Part shown: piece by piece, positions 49,001-55,104 of the stretch
Layout of the letters: every line of letters begins with the position of its first letter
How positions within the stretch are numbered: the first letter of the stretch is position 1
Origin: a virus
DNA length: 64,000 bases
Direction: 5' to 3' (one strand)
IMG/VR virus record: IMGVR_UViG_3300012936_003490
Span: 12,957 to 76,956 of that record
Notes under the pieces: model-generated
The model's input: the letters and a program-made list of their open reading frames with translations, nothing else
What the model was told of the DNA's origin: nothing
Databases searched by the model: none
Made by a program: the position numbers and the translations under genes

Positions 49001-49008
49001 TAAGCCAT
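34063..49008 (-). CDS. Giant (4981 aa) virion/baseplate protein, gp7-like position, with FG-GAP-like, CBM-like and beta-sandwich repeats
   Basis: Uninterrupted 14.9-kb ORF coupled by a TAATG overlap to the gp6-like gene. Repeats FG.S.AIS.DG...IGAP, W....Y..G..V......Y.A, G.GY...P.I...G.G.G and DG.T..F. Confidence 0.75.
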   Translation of the reverse strand: MAYTNDQAEQPLPNSDGSSKRKSENHLPKYFRTPANKKFLSSTVDQLIQPGVVEKLNGYIGRKSAKAFSASDNYVNDVSPSRENYQLEPASIVKDNLGNITFYKDYNDYVNQLDYFNKGIMDHSVFNQQEYYAWDPHIDWDKITNFREYYWLPNGPQSFGLPGNTIEVESTYTVRIGDNVDNNTYIFSPDGLTNNPTITLYRGITYRFDIDTPNLPFTIKTKRTLDEGFDLDSSSIIVLEGVDVQGLEKGVSTLQLGTDTPDVLYYTASNDLQASGTIVVKDITEATFIDVEKEIIGKKNYKASNGVELSNGMKIYFTGEVEPAKYAEGAFYVEGVGDKIKLIAETELNVPTEFTDDVEVEFDANGFDRLPYGKAIGFPKEKDYIVINRASQDGNLWSRYNRWFHKDVITQSAVQNNQPVELDQEQRAKRPIIEFEPNIKLHNFGTKSKLDVDLVDNFTTDVFSTIEGSIGYNIDGIDIVKGMRILFTADKDILVKGRIFEVDIIKFARGGGVQNQITLKEVTDGIPQENEVLLVLNGNEFKGKMFYYQNGSWSLTQEKTQRNQQPLFDIFDDTGTSYSDSIKYEATNFTGNKIFSYKMGQGTNDTELGFPLSYRSINNVGDIVFTYDIQQGSMTYTIENELISLNTDIGFLHKFSSLSDYEVVSGWKKVDTYSDQPVIRQYVFDNTQTNFAIDVYDQSGLLVDLWTRVYLNNKLQMENKDFTISNDVNNNAIITFVNDLTLGDVIIIKTKSQKTKNENGYYELPTNLERNPKNENLFEFTLGEVNDHVATIVENLDNFEGIYPGVSNLRDISSLSEKGRRFLQHSAPLNLSLYHITDKDSNIIKSIDYARKEYNRFKRVFLQKAEETEFQGSVRDRVDEILRSINIDKQKTGAFYFSDMAGLGAFKKIEHIVIDSDEQFFALSAVFDISQPSKKAIYVYNNDVQLVYGKDYTFNEDGFAVITASKAVDDRIDIYEYETTNGSYIPPTPTKLGLYPKYEPQAYLDDTYITAQNIIQGHDGSRFVAFGDYRDDLLLELEKRIYNNIKVNYDKNMFDIHNFMPGEFRSTGLAIKDINRSMLSGFIEWTKFINQDYTLHNFFERTNRFTFNYNNSNFDSNNDMPGFWRQIYIRLFDTDRPHTHPWEILGFTIKPKWWDDQYGSAPYTRDNLLMWTDIQNGIVREPNKKYQILNNYKRPGLLNYIPVDSAGHLLPPLDAGIVKNFQPDTIDFSFRFGDGAPVESAWRNSSDYPFSLIKSFTINKPSLMFSTGFDRINQIRNSAGSIVYKPTSKRITLNDIVFPSTIEEDTQTFTSGLVNYVASYMASDVAKNYNEYKNNLRTIDNQLGFKLAGYTDKEKFKLILDSRTPLNEGNVFVPDENYKIFLNTSSPVKTIDYSGVIVERRTDGYVVKGYSPSSTTFKYLRAVPSQTDPSINIGGVSEPYVEWDSGKTYIAGQNVQYQGAYYRTKTQHQSTESFDDSKFSKLPALPLIGGRSAFIRKQFNSAFTDEIEYGTLYTEIQDVVDFLLGYGAYLETQGFTFNYFEGQQKTVLNWRHAVNEFLFWTTQKWAEGSVITLSPSAQEIRFNSEYTMVDNIFDGFYGYGLYKADGQKLNEEFTGLGRDSNEFVLRPKNTADGVYYISLPLVQKEHVVIIDNNTVFNDVIFDQQPGYRQERIKVLGYRTTEWDGSLNIPGFIYDDADVRDWESYTDYDIGTVVKNKEFYYSAPVKIPGTEIFDAKDWNILSGKPEGGLFANFEYKTNQFADFYDLDSDNFDVEQQRLAQHLIGYQKRQYLENIVNDDVSQYKFYQGMIQDKGSKNALTKLFDALASDDKDSLEFYEEWAIKDGQYGASEGFDDVIFKLDESKFKLTPQPVELVNTITGEETDLIYRIRPFEVYQKSKDYDHSPFPGKYVFDSYTKNAGYVNQQDVRGIVTNYDNILDFNFSDIDKNSYIWVGNEDKNWNVYKHVDSVYTVEKIEKGETQFKIHLNTNANTLSKGQIIGMHSVYDVIEGFEDSTVEGVVTNKYPFSDFYKILDISRNILTLATSAPIEDDIEKCLGSLTEFLQVRALNVDEANSIAQNNLVGEDLIWIDELNDNKEWGVLKNKNNFSEQMRIANLESGTEINFGTSISSDDRNTTLMIGAPDQGDGKVYVYFRPTNRLSYTLSQVLEPSGWGDAGEKFGKSVAISPDGAYAVIGSPNASNVKTKYAGAFVDTVNYSKSSIVQKDGQLWRAVVDISGAVDNIQFSSFNSVTQTIFELGLENATTGTYNIPVVLVGNYSIDTVSNQYAFNGVATDHILIRAPKVQYEGSGINDQIKIAWNTKTYANQDLNALEARAPFGGDHTPITDAFLTLEHTIQKKVDVVLFLPEIVNTPNVGDQLSTGTATGTVDYVGSSGAKAVLYMSNVNGSFNTTDSIFRSDGDFIGSFIKQAPIDTVDTNDVWGGFWYIDTPSYTPTDLTQNLDKGLGIVYYDVISDSTPTGRYYFNSLDTATTDISSLNVQNSIIRTLTYRGLPGAGGSNDTFSSNLYVMRAPKTLSDTLSPGDTVSVYVNQLPQYTTGNFLDLTTIGLTTAVTNTSRQVYDLWDGYINFQFTAFDVNGEPFEPRVGDTVRDVNTGATASVIFYQRNSLDATIFVKNLVGDFSVGNVYGQNAQIEFIGTPSDPDVTYQVDRVMGDIQSVSLGYAPGDIGKLLVFEAPANISLSAEEELIDIEYWMYQEGNVLGIPRTANIPSSSNNEWEGVYKIPTDVTGTPSGLTNEGLYNIYSRSAPGRYDPIGSYTVPEKQSNFLLGNDVNFTKNNNLYRLFVHAKGTQTQSNPGRIYFIKNGEENGITYTWEYAKNKKFKGSFDETITYLTGDIVYRENPAAVGTGVLYTAKTNLAPGIFDFNDWTSTDDLIDYVGYIPNDSGTSVVNDSTDGSTVLDQQLLSAFGEQFDKNKNGEVLIASAIYDNTKPNQIVVYRLNNGFYERSQEIQAPDSTSGFGHDIAISDDGMYIAISAPFNDDYKQDQGKVFIYSQVAGVFTLLQELRSPNDERAEKFGWRLQYSDNKLHITSRNADSIQKTTFDGTEAGNTIPQTVFDGSFTEFVEYQNDTGVIYVYEKTAQGMLYAQTIQIPDSDVNTFGRNIYANNNHLYVGLPNKIISGKEGQLIDFSMLENTDMWITHRKSNETVNIEKIKKVFLYDTENNELLTYLDYIDPIQGKVAGPAEQELTYKTYYDPAVYTASRDSRATRDTSASWGPERVGEVWWNLTNAKFYNPYQGTIEYATNNWNRVFQGNTIDIYEWVESDVVPSEWDAQADTEAGFNKGYSGQSLYGDNAYSTRKVYDEVAKTFKTNYYFWVTEKTIAPDLEFRNISIKEVREYIEDPFIKGHKFISFISPEKFVINNCDNLIKGTDVALNVQFWTIENQQQNIHNQYQIVSEGLETSQPNPDIVKKWFDSLIGYDAQGRIVPDPTLSEKEKYGTLYRPRQGWFKNKNEALKQFIERVNLVLKDNIIVDDKNISELNRKQPIPTTTSGLYDVEIATLSDIETIGTNLLQKPILQPIIENGKIIRVEVINQGYGYRYAPKITVSGTGSGAELQAVIDSQGKIIEVEILESGSNYSDSSIATARNFAVLVTNDETLQGKWSLYERLIEDKKWNRLQSQAFNTTLYWDYIDWYAKGYNESTDIDYLIDFSYELTALDNPIGSVVKIANIGTGGWLLIEKEFDFDTEDYSINYKTIGRQNGTVKFKNNLYDVTAGFTGYDSISFDTKIFDSEPTTELRIILEAIRDDLFVDELLVEFNKAFFAGIRYVFAEQTYVDWAFKTSFIKAKHNVGQLREDITFNNDNLPSYEAYVKEVKPFSTKIREYLSAYEGLDPTQTVTTDFDLPASYNEIAGKIIPQDVKVIQDTLVGTNTDLETYPNKNWLDNSTYNVVKVTPVDQGAGYTNPPQITLEGGGGSGTVLKSYIGTKGNVTGVDVLAPGSGYYSVPRVVVNGNILDGGRPATFSVQIGNSPVRGIKTTVKFDRTSGTYVYTNIDKTETFTASGSEFQFDLKWPIDLDITNVIVTKNNIELLSNEYTYENILDKDATYERYFGRIEFVEKPNKEETIVITYKISAELFHAPDRIEKLYNPQKGQLGKSLGQLMTGIDYGGVEVKSFGFEQSQGWDTDNYFESTWDTYDNTFEDEIFEFDGSTVEIQLNKPLEQGVEYHVYKNNVRLDDPNYDGSTVTTNPNAIMTSLIGDGITQTMFLDDFKVQTYDPLGNNTGAVIQVGDGDVLIIRKSTSDGTFLPNEQTYDSILQGGNLNYSTATGIASGDITIDGDGFVTPTTSAGPEEQIPGQVLDTVDIKVYEKPRGGASNIVSCVYETDGTTTNFAIGTTPIANINVFVKIDNIIVTNYTVDYSTNEIVFSTAPTANKILNIVTLDVSGAEILDIDTIIADGSTARFVTNVRYKDELQNIVSLNGNTIDNSFEESTIDKDGIAGNVVIRFAQPPVVGDVIRFAIFDADEDIKNYSEVNIQNIIADGSTTIYSLTQTPGTQQPGSYKTIVKAGNQILNAGYSLRISAIETKIEYEMETWQFPPGTLSAKKMQVYLNGNRLTSDQYSLTVGSKTLLRLRTDVDQKDGDNLDIFVMDTGEYRFGYFDPNNNDFIETPSQIHFDTTFAENTDIKIYQFTNHDYQDIQRIEYDVIDRITLTPGTDAYQKYLHLQNGLIKLNKPAVDAQYVWVTINGELLTPSVNYYVTDNKLYVKIESEINQNDVVQVIHFAAPLTRNRYGWSQFKDMMNKTAYKRISDEDNVTLAVDLHQYDQSITVINGDNLPAPEAGARIPAVIFIDKERIEYFVRNGNVISQFRRGTLGTGVADVYAKGTKVFDSGPDSVMPYKDETLTTILTADGTSTQYPLDFTPNNVNEFEVFVAGKRLRKNSISSYVFGGDPIAQDSPEGDETLAPEFTINGNDLVLSTPPILNTKIIVVRRQGKLWTDPGISLGDSDSNIAKFLRAATVDLPR

Positions 49009-52000
49009 TAGTAACTATATCCTCCGCCGCCTGATGAGCCGCCGCCTCCTGATGAGCCACCGCCTCCATTACTTGAACTAGATGAACTTGAAGTGCTTGA
49101 AGTTGAATTGTAAGTAGTAGTTGTGGCAGAACTTGTTGTTGTAGTGCTAGAACTACTTGTGCTTGTAATGCCAGTGTTAGTGCTTGCTACTGTAGTAGTG
49201 ATTGCACCGTCTGCTTTTAGTCGTGACGCTGTAATATTATCAATTATAGATATGTCTGCTACTGTAGCTCCAGATATAAAAATTTCGTCTGATTCGGATT
49301 TTACTTCAAACAAACTACCAAATGCTTGGTTTTGTTGTTTCGGTACAACAACAAATGTAACAATGTTAGGTGCTAATTTTTGCATCACAAATGCACTTAA
49401 CTCTGAGAAGTAAAATGTTTCACCAAATTCCCAATTATCTAAAGCAAAAAATTCATTCACTGCTGATATGACTTTTGATTTTACATCATTATCATTTATG
49501 ACAATGTCCGGGTTTTTCACAATTTTAAAATTAGCTTGCAACTCTGCCTCTGCTTTATCACCAAATAATATTTTATACTTAACTGGATGATAAATTATTT
49601 CATCACTAAGCGATTTAATATTGTTTAAAGCTGTACCATAATTTAAAAATAATTGATCACTACTAGGAGATAACGGCTTAGTTGAGGTTGTGCCTTCAAG
49701 GTATTGTCTAAACGAATTATCATACGCCCTAGTCAACATGTAAGTGTCGATTACATTGCTTACACTTGGATCAATGCGTGTGCTTTCATCTGCCGCATGA
49801 ACATAATGGAACTTAATTTTATCCCTACCAACTCTTGCTCTATAAATGTTACTAATATTTGTAGATCCAGTTGCTTTATCTAAGACTTCAAAAACATCTT
49901 CATCTGCAAAATAAAATATTTGTCCATCATCATAAGCAGATAACGCACCTAGCACACTTTTATTTTGAAAAGTTAAAATATTTAGGATACTGTTAGGCTT
50001 ATAATACCATTCTTCGACACCATCTATACTAGTTATTTTTTCAGAAAATACAAATTTTTGTAATGGGTTATTTGTTTCGTTTACAATTTCATTAAACAAT
50101 TCAGGATCATCAACTACACCGTCATCGTCTTCATCAAAGAAACTAACTTGAACTTTTTTGCTATTAACATATCCTTCAGTATCTCTAAAATCTTCTGTGA
50201 TTTCCCAATCATAATCAACTGTAAATGGAGAAGTATTATTTGTTGGATCTTTTACATTAATGCTTAAAACACTTATCTTGTCTTTAATAATTTTTCCTGT
50301 TCTATTATTATATACTTTGTCACTATTGTCAAAATAGAATCTTACTTCTTGGTCGCTTTCAAATAGATATCTACCACCTCTATAAGTAATATTGTAAGTT
50401 TCTCCGTCTGTATTGAAAATTAAAAGCCAACTACTATCTAATTGTTGATTAGTATTGTCTCCTGTTTTACCAATACTAAATTCACTTGCACTATCAAGGT
50501 TTGTTGATGTAACGATTCGCCATTCGCCTATATTGACATCGAAACGTAATCCAAAGGTCCTAAATGCAAATATTTGTTCTATCAATTGTGTTGATACTGC
50601 ACTTTGTAATAATCCAGCTATTCTCGGAATAACTTGTGCTAATTTGCTTCCTGCAGGAATAATGTCATTTATAGATACAGGGCCATCGCCTGTATCTGCA
50701 TTTACAACTGTACCATCACCTGTAACACTTATTACTTTTACCCACTTGTATTCAACACTATTAGGATGATCAGCTGGGCCGTCCATAAGTCCATGTTCAT
50801 TATTTTTCATGAAATGCTTACCTGTAGGAGGTATAAATTTAAGCAAGGTTCCTGGTTTGATAAGTTTCAATGTGCTTGCTGTAAATGTTCCTAATTGCGC
50901 TCTTACTCCTGAAGTATTTGTAAAGTATCCAGTATTTAAATTTGTATCTTTGGTACTACTATTCCATGTCAAGTTTAAATCGCCAACTAATGTTTTTGGA
51001 AATTTAGTAAGATAATAATTTTTTAGTTTTCTATCTTGTAATATTGGTTCAATTATATTAGCAATTACCCCTTCAATATCTGTCTTAGTTACAAAACTAA
51101 ATCCTACTTTTGTATCAAGATATTCTCTTGTCAATATTCCGTCTTGTGCATATAAATTGGTTTTGCTATATCTTCCTGATGGATCAATTAAATCTAAATA
51201 ACGACTTATTCCGCTTGCAGTCCTATTAACACTTTTTACTTTAATAATTTCTTGATTACTTGTCAATGGTGCAATCTGATAGTCTTCAGCAGTAACCATT
51301 CTATTTTGTGTATAGAAGTTTGCTGGTGCATTTCTTTTGATGCTTGCATTTGTTTCACTTACAGAAGAATTATCTACAGTATATTTCAAAACAAATACCA
51401 TAGTCAATGTCTCAGGTTTTCCAGCCCTGCTTACATATGGTACATTTATACTAACTCCGCGCATATCATTAGGTTCAATAATCAAACGTTCATTTTTACT
51501 TGATCTATAGTAAACCTTAAAATTTCCTTGTGGTAGGTTTCCAAATGTACCATCAGAAAAAATTAAACTTATTCTGTTACTTGCCCTTGTCAATACGCTG
51601 TATATGTTTCTAATACTTTTACTTAGGCTATTGTAGATAACATTATTACCTTCTACTGCTTCTACTTTAGTCCATAGATCCTGCTCTAAACCAAATTCAT
51701 CTACACTGTATAACCAAACGTCTGTATTGTTTACATCAGTTGCGTCTATGCTAACAACCTGATTAGTGCTAGGTGCGCCTACTGAAAAAGAACCGTTATC
51801 TAAAGTACCTTGTCTAAAATGAGCAAAATATCCAGTGTTTGAACTACTAGGACCTTTACCATCATTTCTATACAAAAATGCAAAGTTGTTGCCAGGAAAT
51901 GGAGCTTCTTCTATAATTGATCCGTTATCAATGTCCGTGCTTACAATCTCAAATCTACTTGTGATTCCGCTAACTGTTTTGTTAAAGCCAAATGCAGGTA

Positions 52001-52586
52001 CTGTGCTATTTGTGCTGTTTAATCTATATTGTTCTGTTGCAATGTTGTTAACTGTGTCCTTTTTGACAGGTCTACCAATGGTACCATTTACAGGAAGAGC
52101 GGAATTTAAAACTTTTGTAAATTGTTCTTGCCAATTAGAGTTGCTTGGATCATTCCAAACAATAGTTTGATTTTCTAAATTTAAATTATTTGAATCTCTG
52201 ACAGATTCAGTAGTTGATACGCTTTCAATTTTCAACAATCCATTTGCGGCAATATTACGCTTTGGATTATAACTTAATGTACGTGCAAGACGTAACACAC
52301 TTTCTCTACGTTCTGCTAATTCTAAAAAGTTTTCCCTAGCATTAAGGTCTGAACGGAAAGCAAAGTTTTGACCTAAAAATGCAATGAGATCGATTAGAGC
52401 AAGATATTCTGATGATTCAATATAATCATTAAAATCTTCTGGATAATTCTGGCGTAGATAATTTATCATTGTTCTACGCAAATTGTCAAAATCGTAAGAT
52501 TTGAAGTCTGCATTTCTATAACTTTGATAGATGCGCTTCCAATCTTCTGCTACTAATAATCTATTTTGTCTGTCAGTTGCGGACAT
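49008..52586 (-). CDS. gp6: Baseplate wedge subunit (T4 gp6-like)
   Basis: N-terminal DFDNLR..MINYL....F.DY..SS....LID..A.......ENFL..A..RESV..LA..L.Y.P motif; FSDG.FG..P; APxNFxTQNRMVTAEDY. Confidence 0.8.
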   Translation of the reverse strand: MSATDRQNRLLVAEDWKRIYQSYRNADFKSYDFDNLRRTMINYLRQNYPEDFNDYIESSEYLALIDLIAFLGQNFAFRSDLNARENFLELAERRESVLRLARTLSYNPKRNIAANGLLKIESVSTTESVRDSNNLNLENQTIVWNDPSNSNWQEQFTKVLNSALPVNGTIGRPVKKDTVNNIATEQYRLNSTNSTVPAFGFNKTVSGITSRFEIVSTDIDNGSIIEEAPFPGNNFAFLYRNDGKGPSSSNTGYFAHFRQGTLDNGSFSVGAPSTNQVVSIDATDVNNTDVWLYSVDEFGLEQDLWTKVEAVEGNNVIYNSLSKSIRNIYSVLTRASNRISLIFSDGTFGNLPQGNFKVYYRSSKNERLIIEPNDMRGVSINVPYVSRAGKPETLTMVFVLKYTVDNSSVSETNASIKRNAPANFYTQNRMVTAEDYQIAPLTSNQEIIKVKSVNRTASGISRYLDLIDPSGRYSKTNLYAQDGILTREYLDTKVGFSFVTKTDIEGVIANIIEPILQDRKLKNYYLTKFPKTLVGDLNLTWNSSTKDTNLNTGYFTNTSGVRAQLGTFTASTLKLIKPGTLLKFIPPTGKHFMKNNEHGLMDGPADHPNSVEYKWVKVISVTGDGTVVNADTGDGPVSINDIIPAGSKLAQVIPRIAGLLQSAVSTQLIEQIFAFRTFGLRFDVNIGEWRIVTSTNLDSASEFSIGKTGDNTNQQLDSSWLLIFNTDGETYNITYRGGRYLFESDQEVRFYFDNSDKVYNNRTGKIIKDKISVLSINVKDPTNNTSPFTVDYDWEITEDFRDTEGYVNSKKVQVSFFDEDDDGVVDDPELFNEIVNETNNPLQKFVFSEKITSIDGVEEWYYKPNSILNILTFQNKSVLGALSAYDDGQIFYFADEDVFEVLDKATGSTNISNIYRARVGRDKIKFHYVHAADESTRIDPSVSNVIDTYMLTRAYDNSFRQYLEGTTSTKPLSPSSDQLFLNYGTALNNIKSLSDEIIYHPVKYKILFGDKAEAELQANFKIVKNPDIVINDNDVKSKVISAVNEFFALDNWEFGETFYFSELSAFVMQKLAPNIVTFVVVPKQQNQAFGSLFEVKSESDEIFISGATVADISIIDNITASRLKADGAITTTVASTNTGITSTSSSSTTTTSSATTTTYNSTSSTSSSSSSSNGGGGSSGGGGSSGGGGYSY
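49011..49200 (-). repeat. Ser/Thr-rich and (GGGGSS)n low-complexity C-terminal tail of the gp6-like protein
   Basis: TSTSSSSTTTTSSATTTTYNSTSSTSSSSSSSNGGGGSSGGGGSSGGGGYSY. Confidence 0.85.
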
Positions 52587-52611
52587 ATTGCTTTCCTTTT
52601 TTATACAACAA

Positions 52612-52619
52612 TATTTATT
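52612..52619 (-). promoter_or_regulatory. Late promoter AATAAATA
   Basis: TAAATA core in the intergenic gap before the AAAGGA RBS and ATG 52586. Confidence 0.6.
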
Positions 52620-52645
52620 GTTTTTTGTAAAGTGCGTATATAATT

Positions 52646-53095
52646 TTACCCACTAAACAAACCGTTGTTTTGATCAAAAGTAAAACGCATTTGCTCAACA
52701 ATGTTATATGGTAGGAACACAAGTTCTGCTTCTATTTGTATGCCATTTTCGTACTGATCAACTGTGACAGATCTTGCATTTACCCTAGGGTCATAATTTA
52801 CAATTTCTGTAACATTTTCTACAATAATTTGTTTTAATCTTTCTGTCATAGGTTCATATAATATATCCCATATGATTGTACCAAAATCAGGATTACTTAA
52901 AAGTTCGCCTTGCCTAATATGAAAATGATTTATAATATCTTGTTTGATGATTTGAAAATCGTAAAGTTGAAATCCTGTTTGGTCAGGATCAACAGTTGAA
53001 AAACCTTTATAGGTTTTACTGCCAATTCCATAATCAGGTTTGGCACTCGATTTTACTTGGATATCTTGATATAAACGTTTTTCTTGTGTGCTCAT
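52646..53095 (-). CDS. gp25: Baseplate wedge protein (gp25-like)
   Basis: YKGFST...IKQDIINHF..RQGE...P.FGT.IWD.LYEP...YDPRV, the GPW/gp25 signature. Confidence 0.85.
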   Translation of the reverse strand: MSTQEKRLYQDIQVKSSAKPDYGIGSKTYKGFSTVDPDQTGFQLYDFQIIKQDIINHFHIRQGELLSNPDFGTIIWDILYEPMTERLKQIIVENVTEIVNYDPRVNARSVTVDQYENGIQIEAELVFLPYNIVEQMRFTFDQNNGLFSG

Positions 53096-53099
53096 GCTG

Positions 53100-53105
53100 T
53101 ATTTA
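53100..53105 (-). promoter_or_regulatory. Late promoter TAAATA, leaderless
   Basis: GGTAAATA-cagc-ATG (53095); no RBS. Confidence 0.6.
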
Positions 53106-53106
53106 C

Positions 53107-55083
53107 CTAGGTGTTAAGGTACTCATCTGTGAGTCCTGCATATGGATCATCATCATCAAATTCAGCTTCAAATGCCGCTGTTTCGGCATCAATTGCAGAT
53201 TGTTCTTCAGCAGTTACCGGCACTGGTGTAGTATCAAATTTGTCTGCGCTGTATTTAGGCTTTACGATATCTTTTCCTGTTTTTGGATCTACTGCGATTC
53301 TTCTAGTTTCTGTATATGCAAATCCGTCTTCATCTACACCTTCTATTTCTACTGTTCTTGATGTTATTTGTCCGTCTGCATTTTTACTAACAGCTATCTG
53401 TTTAGGTTCAGTTGCTTCGGGAATAACTTTTCCGTCATTTCCTACAAGCACTGCTTTTCCGCCGCTTGTTATTGACTCTGTAGTAGTAGTGGTTGAAGTT
53501 GTAGTTGTTGTGGTTGTACCGTCTTCAGTAGTTGAAGTTGTGGTTGTAGATGCAGGCTGTGTTTGTCCATTTTCTGACAATGTTGCATTTGGTGTTTCTT
53601 CTGTGCTATCTGCCACAGGATCATCATCTACTATACTTTCTTCCTCTACCGGAGCACATTGCTTAAATGTATCATCTGGTGTTTTTTCTTTGTTTTTATC
53701 GTCGCTGTTTCCGTTAGCTGTGCCTTCTTTAATTTTTACAGGATCACTATCGCTTTTTTCTTGAATATGTTCTAAAGGATTTTTGTTTTCATGTCCTGTC
53801 CACGATCCTTTTTTAGGTACTCTTGTAGGCGCAGGTGCACTACCCGCTTTAGGTGCTACCGGGCCATTCATGTCAATACGTGTTGCTGTCTCTCTATGAG
53901 AAGCAGAATTGATGCTACTCATTCCCCCGCAGGTTAATTTGCCGTCAGCTCCTACTTTTACTTCCCAATTTGCCGCTGTTTCGGTCATCATTTGATTGCC
54001 TGCTTTGATATTAATATTTCGCCCTGCTTCAATATTGATGTCTCTATCTGCTTTGAAATTAAAGTCATTTTCTGTATGAATACTTACGCTGTCTTTTGCA
54101 TAGATATCTATTTTACCATTAGCTGTCATTTCAATCCAACTATCACCACTTCCGTGTGCAATGTAAATTAAATCTTCAGAATTATGTAATAATATTTGAT
54201 GACCTGTGCGTGTACGTATTCTAAAAAGTTCATTGAAAGGAATGGTAGGATCACCACCTTTGTCTAATGTAGTATATTCCATAGGCACAGCGTTTTCACC
54301 TCTAGCAGGCCCTTTTCTAAATAATGTAGGATCACCGTCATCCATAACAAGTGTTGTACCCATTAATCTAGAACTTTTTACATTTATCTGCTTGCCCTTT
54401 TCACCTGTTGGTACTGTAGGCTTTCCATCTCGTCTATCTAACGGTCCTGGCGAACTCCATCCAAAAACCATACTAGGCAGATCTCGTCTTGCACTAGATG
54501 TTGTTGTTCCTCTAACTACATCGTCTGCTAATCCTGCACGATCTAAAACTGCACATGCATCAGGATTACATGGCTTTAAATATTGGGTCGAATTGTTACC
54601 TATTGCTTCTTCTGTTTTTTTGTTGTATTCACCTACAGGTCTAGGTTTAGTTTGATCTTCTGAATTATAAGTTGTGCTTGCATTTCCTGGAACCATAAAG
54701 TTCATGTTTTGATCTTGTACGCAACCTATCCAATATCCTCTGCCTCTATTGCCTTCTGCAAATATCACTAAAACTTTTGTACCTATATCAGGCGGAACTG
54801 CCCAAAATCCGTAGCTTTTTTGTGTGTAGTCATAGCCTTCATTTTCGCTTGTAGCATTGAATGGTGTGACACCATAAAACGGACTTAAATAACTTACAGG
54901 AACAACTTCTCCTGTTGCATCTGATGTGTTACCTTCACTGTTTGTTTTTAATAATTCAACTTCTATTGATCCCATATATTCTGAATCAAGGTGATTTCTT
55001 ACTATGGCAAGAAATGGTCCAGGACCTTCTACTTTTTTAGGTAGGTCTTTTACGTGAGGACTTCTTGTTGTAGTATTAGACAT
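53107..55083 (-). CDS. gp5: Baseplate hub/central spike protein (gp5/VgrG-like), no evident lysozyme domain
   Basis: N-terminal OB-fold motifs (GP..A.V...D...MG...V, YGFW..PPD.GT.V.V.F.EG....YW.GC); beta-helix repeats (TRTGHQI, IEM..NG.IDI.A, NIEAGRNINIKAG); acidic, Thr-rich C-terminus. Confidence 0.75.
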   Translation of the reverse strand: MSNTTTRSPHVKDLPKKVEGPGPFLAIVRNHLDSEYMGSIEVELLKTNSEGNTSDATGEVVPVSYLSPFYGVTPFNATSENEGYDYTQKSYGFWAVPPDIGTKVLVIFAEGNRGRGYWIGCVQDQNMNFMVPGNASTTYNSEDQTKPRPVGEYNKKTEEAIGNNSTQYLKPCNPDACAVLDRAGLADDVVRGTTTSSARRDLPSMVFGWSSPGPLDRRDGKPTVPTGEKGKQINVKSSRLMGTTLVMDDGDPTLFRKGPARGENAVPMEYTTLDKGGDPTIPFNELFRIRTRTGHQILLHNSEDLIYIAHGSGDSWIEMTANGKIDIYAKDSVSIHTENDFNFKADRDINIEAGRNINIKAGNQMMTETAANWEVKVGADGKLTCGGMSSINSASHRETATRIDMNGPVAPKAGSAPAPTRVPKKGSWTGHENKNPLEHIQEKSDSDPVKIKEGTANGNSDDKNKEKTPDDTFKQCAPVEEESIVDDDPVADSTEETPNATLSENGQTQPASTTTTSTTEDGTTTTTTTSTTTTTESITSGGKAVLVGNDGKVIPEATEPKQIAVSKNADGQITSRTVEIEGVDEDGFAYTETRRIAVDPKTGKDIVKPKYSADKFDTTPVPVTAEEQSAIDAETAAFEAEFDDDDPYAGLTDEYLNT

Positions 55084-55104
55084 CAAAATTCTCCAACTGT
55101 GAAA

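Noticed and set aside
52600-52630. AACAAT-N4-ATTGTT inverted repeat around the late promoter
   Set aside because: Short and entirely AT-rich apart from one pair; expected by chance in this composition.
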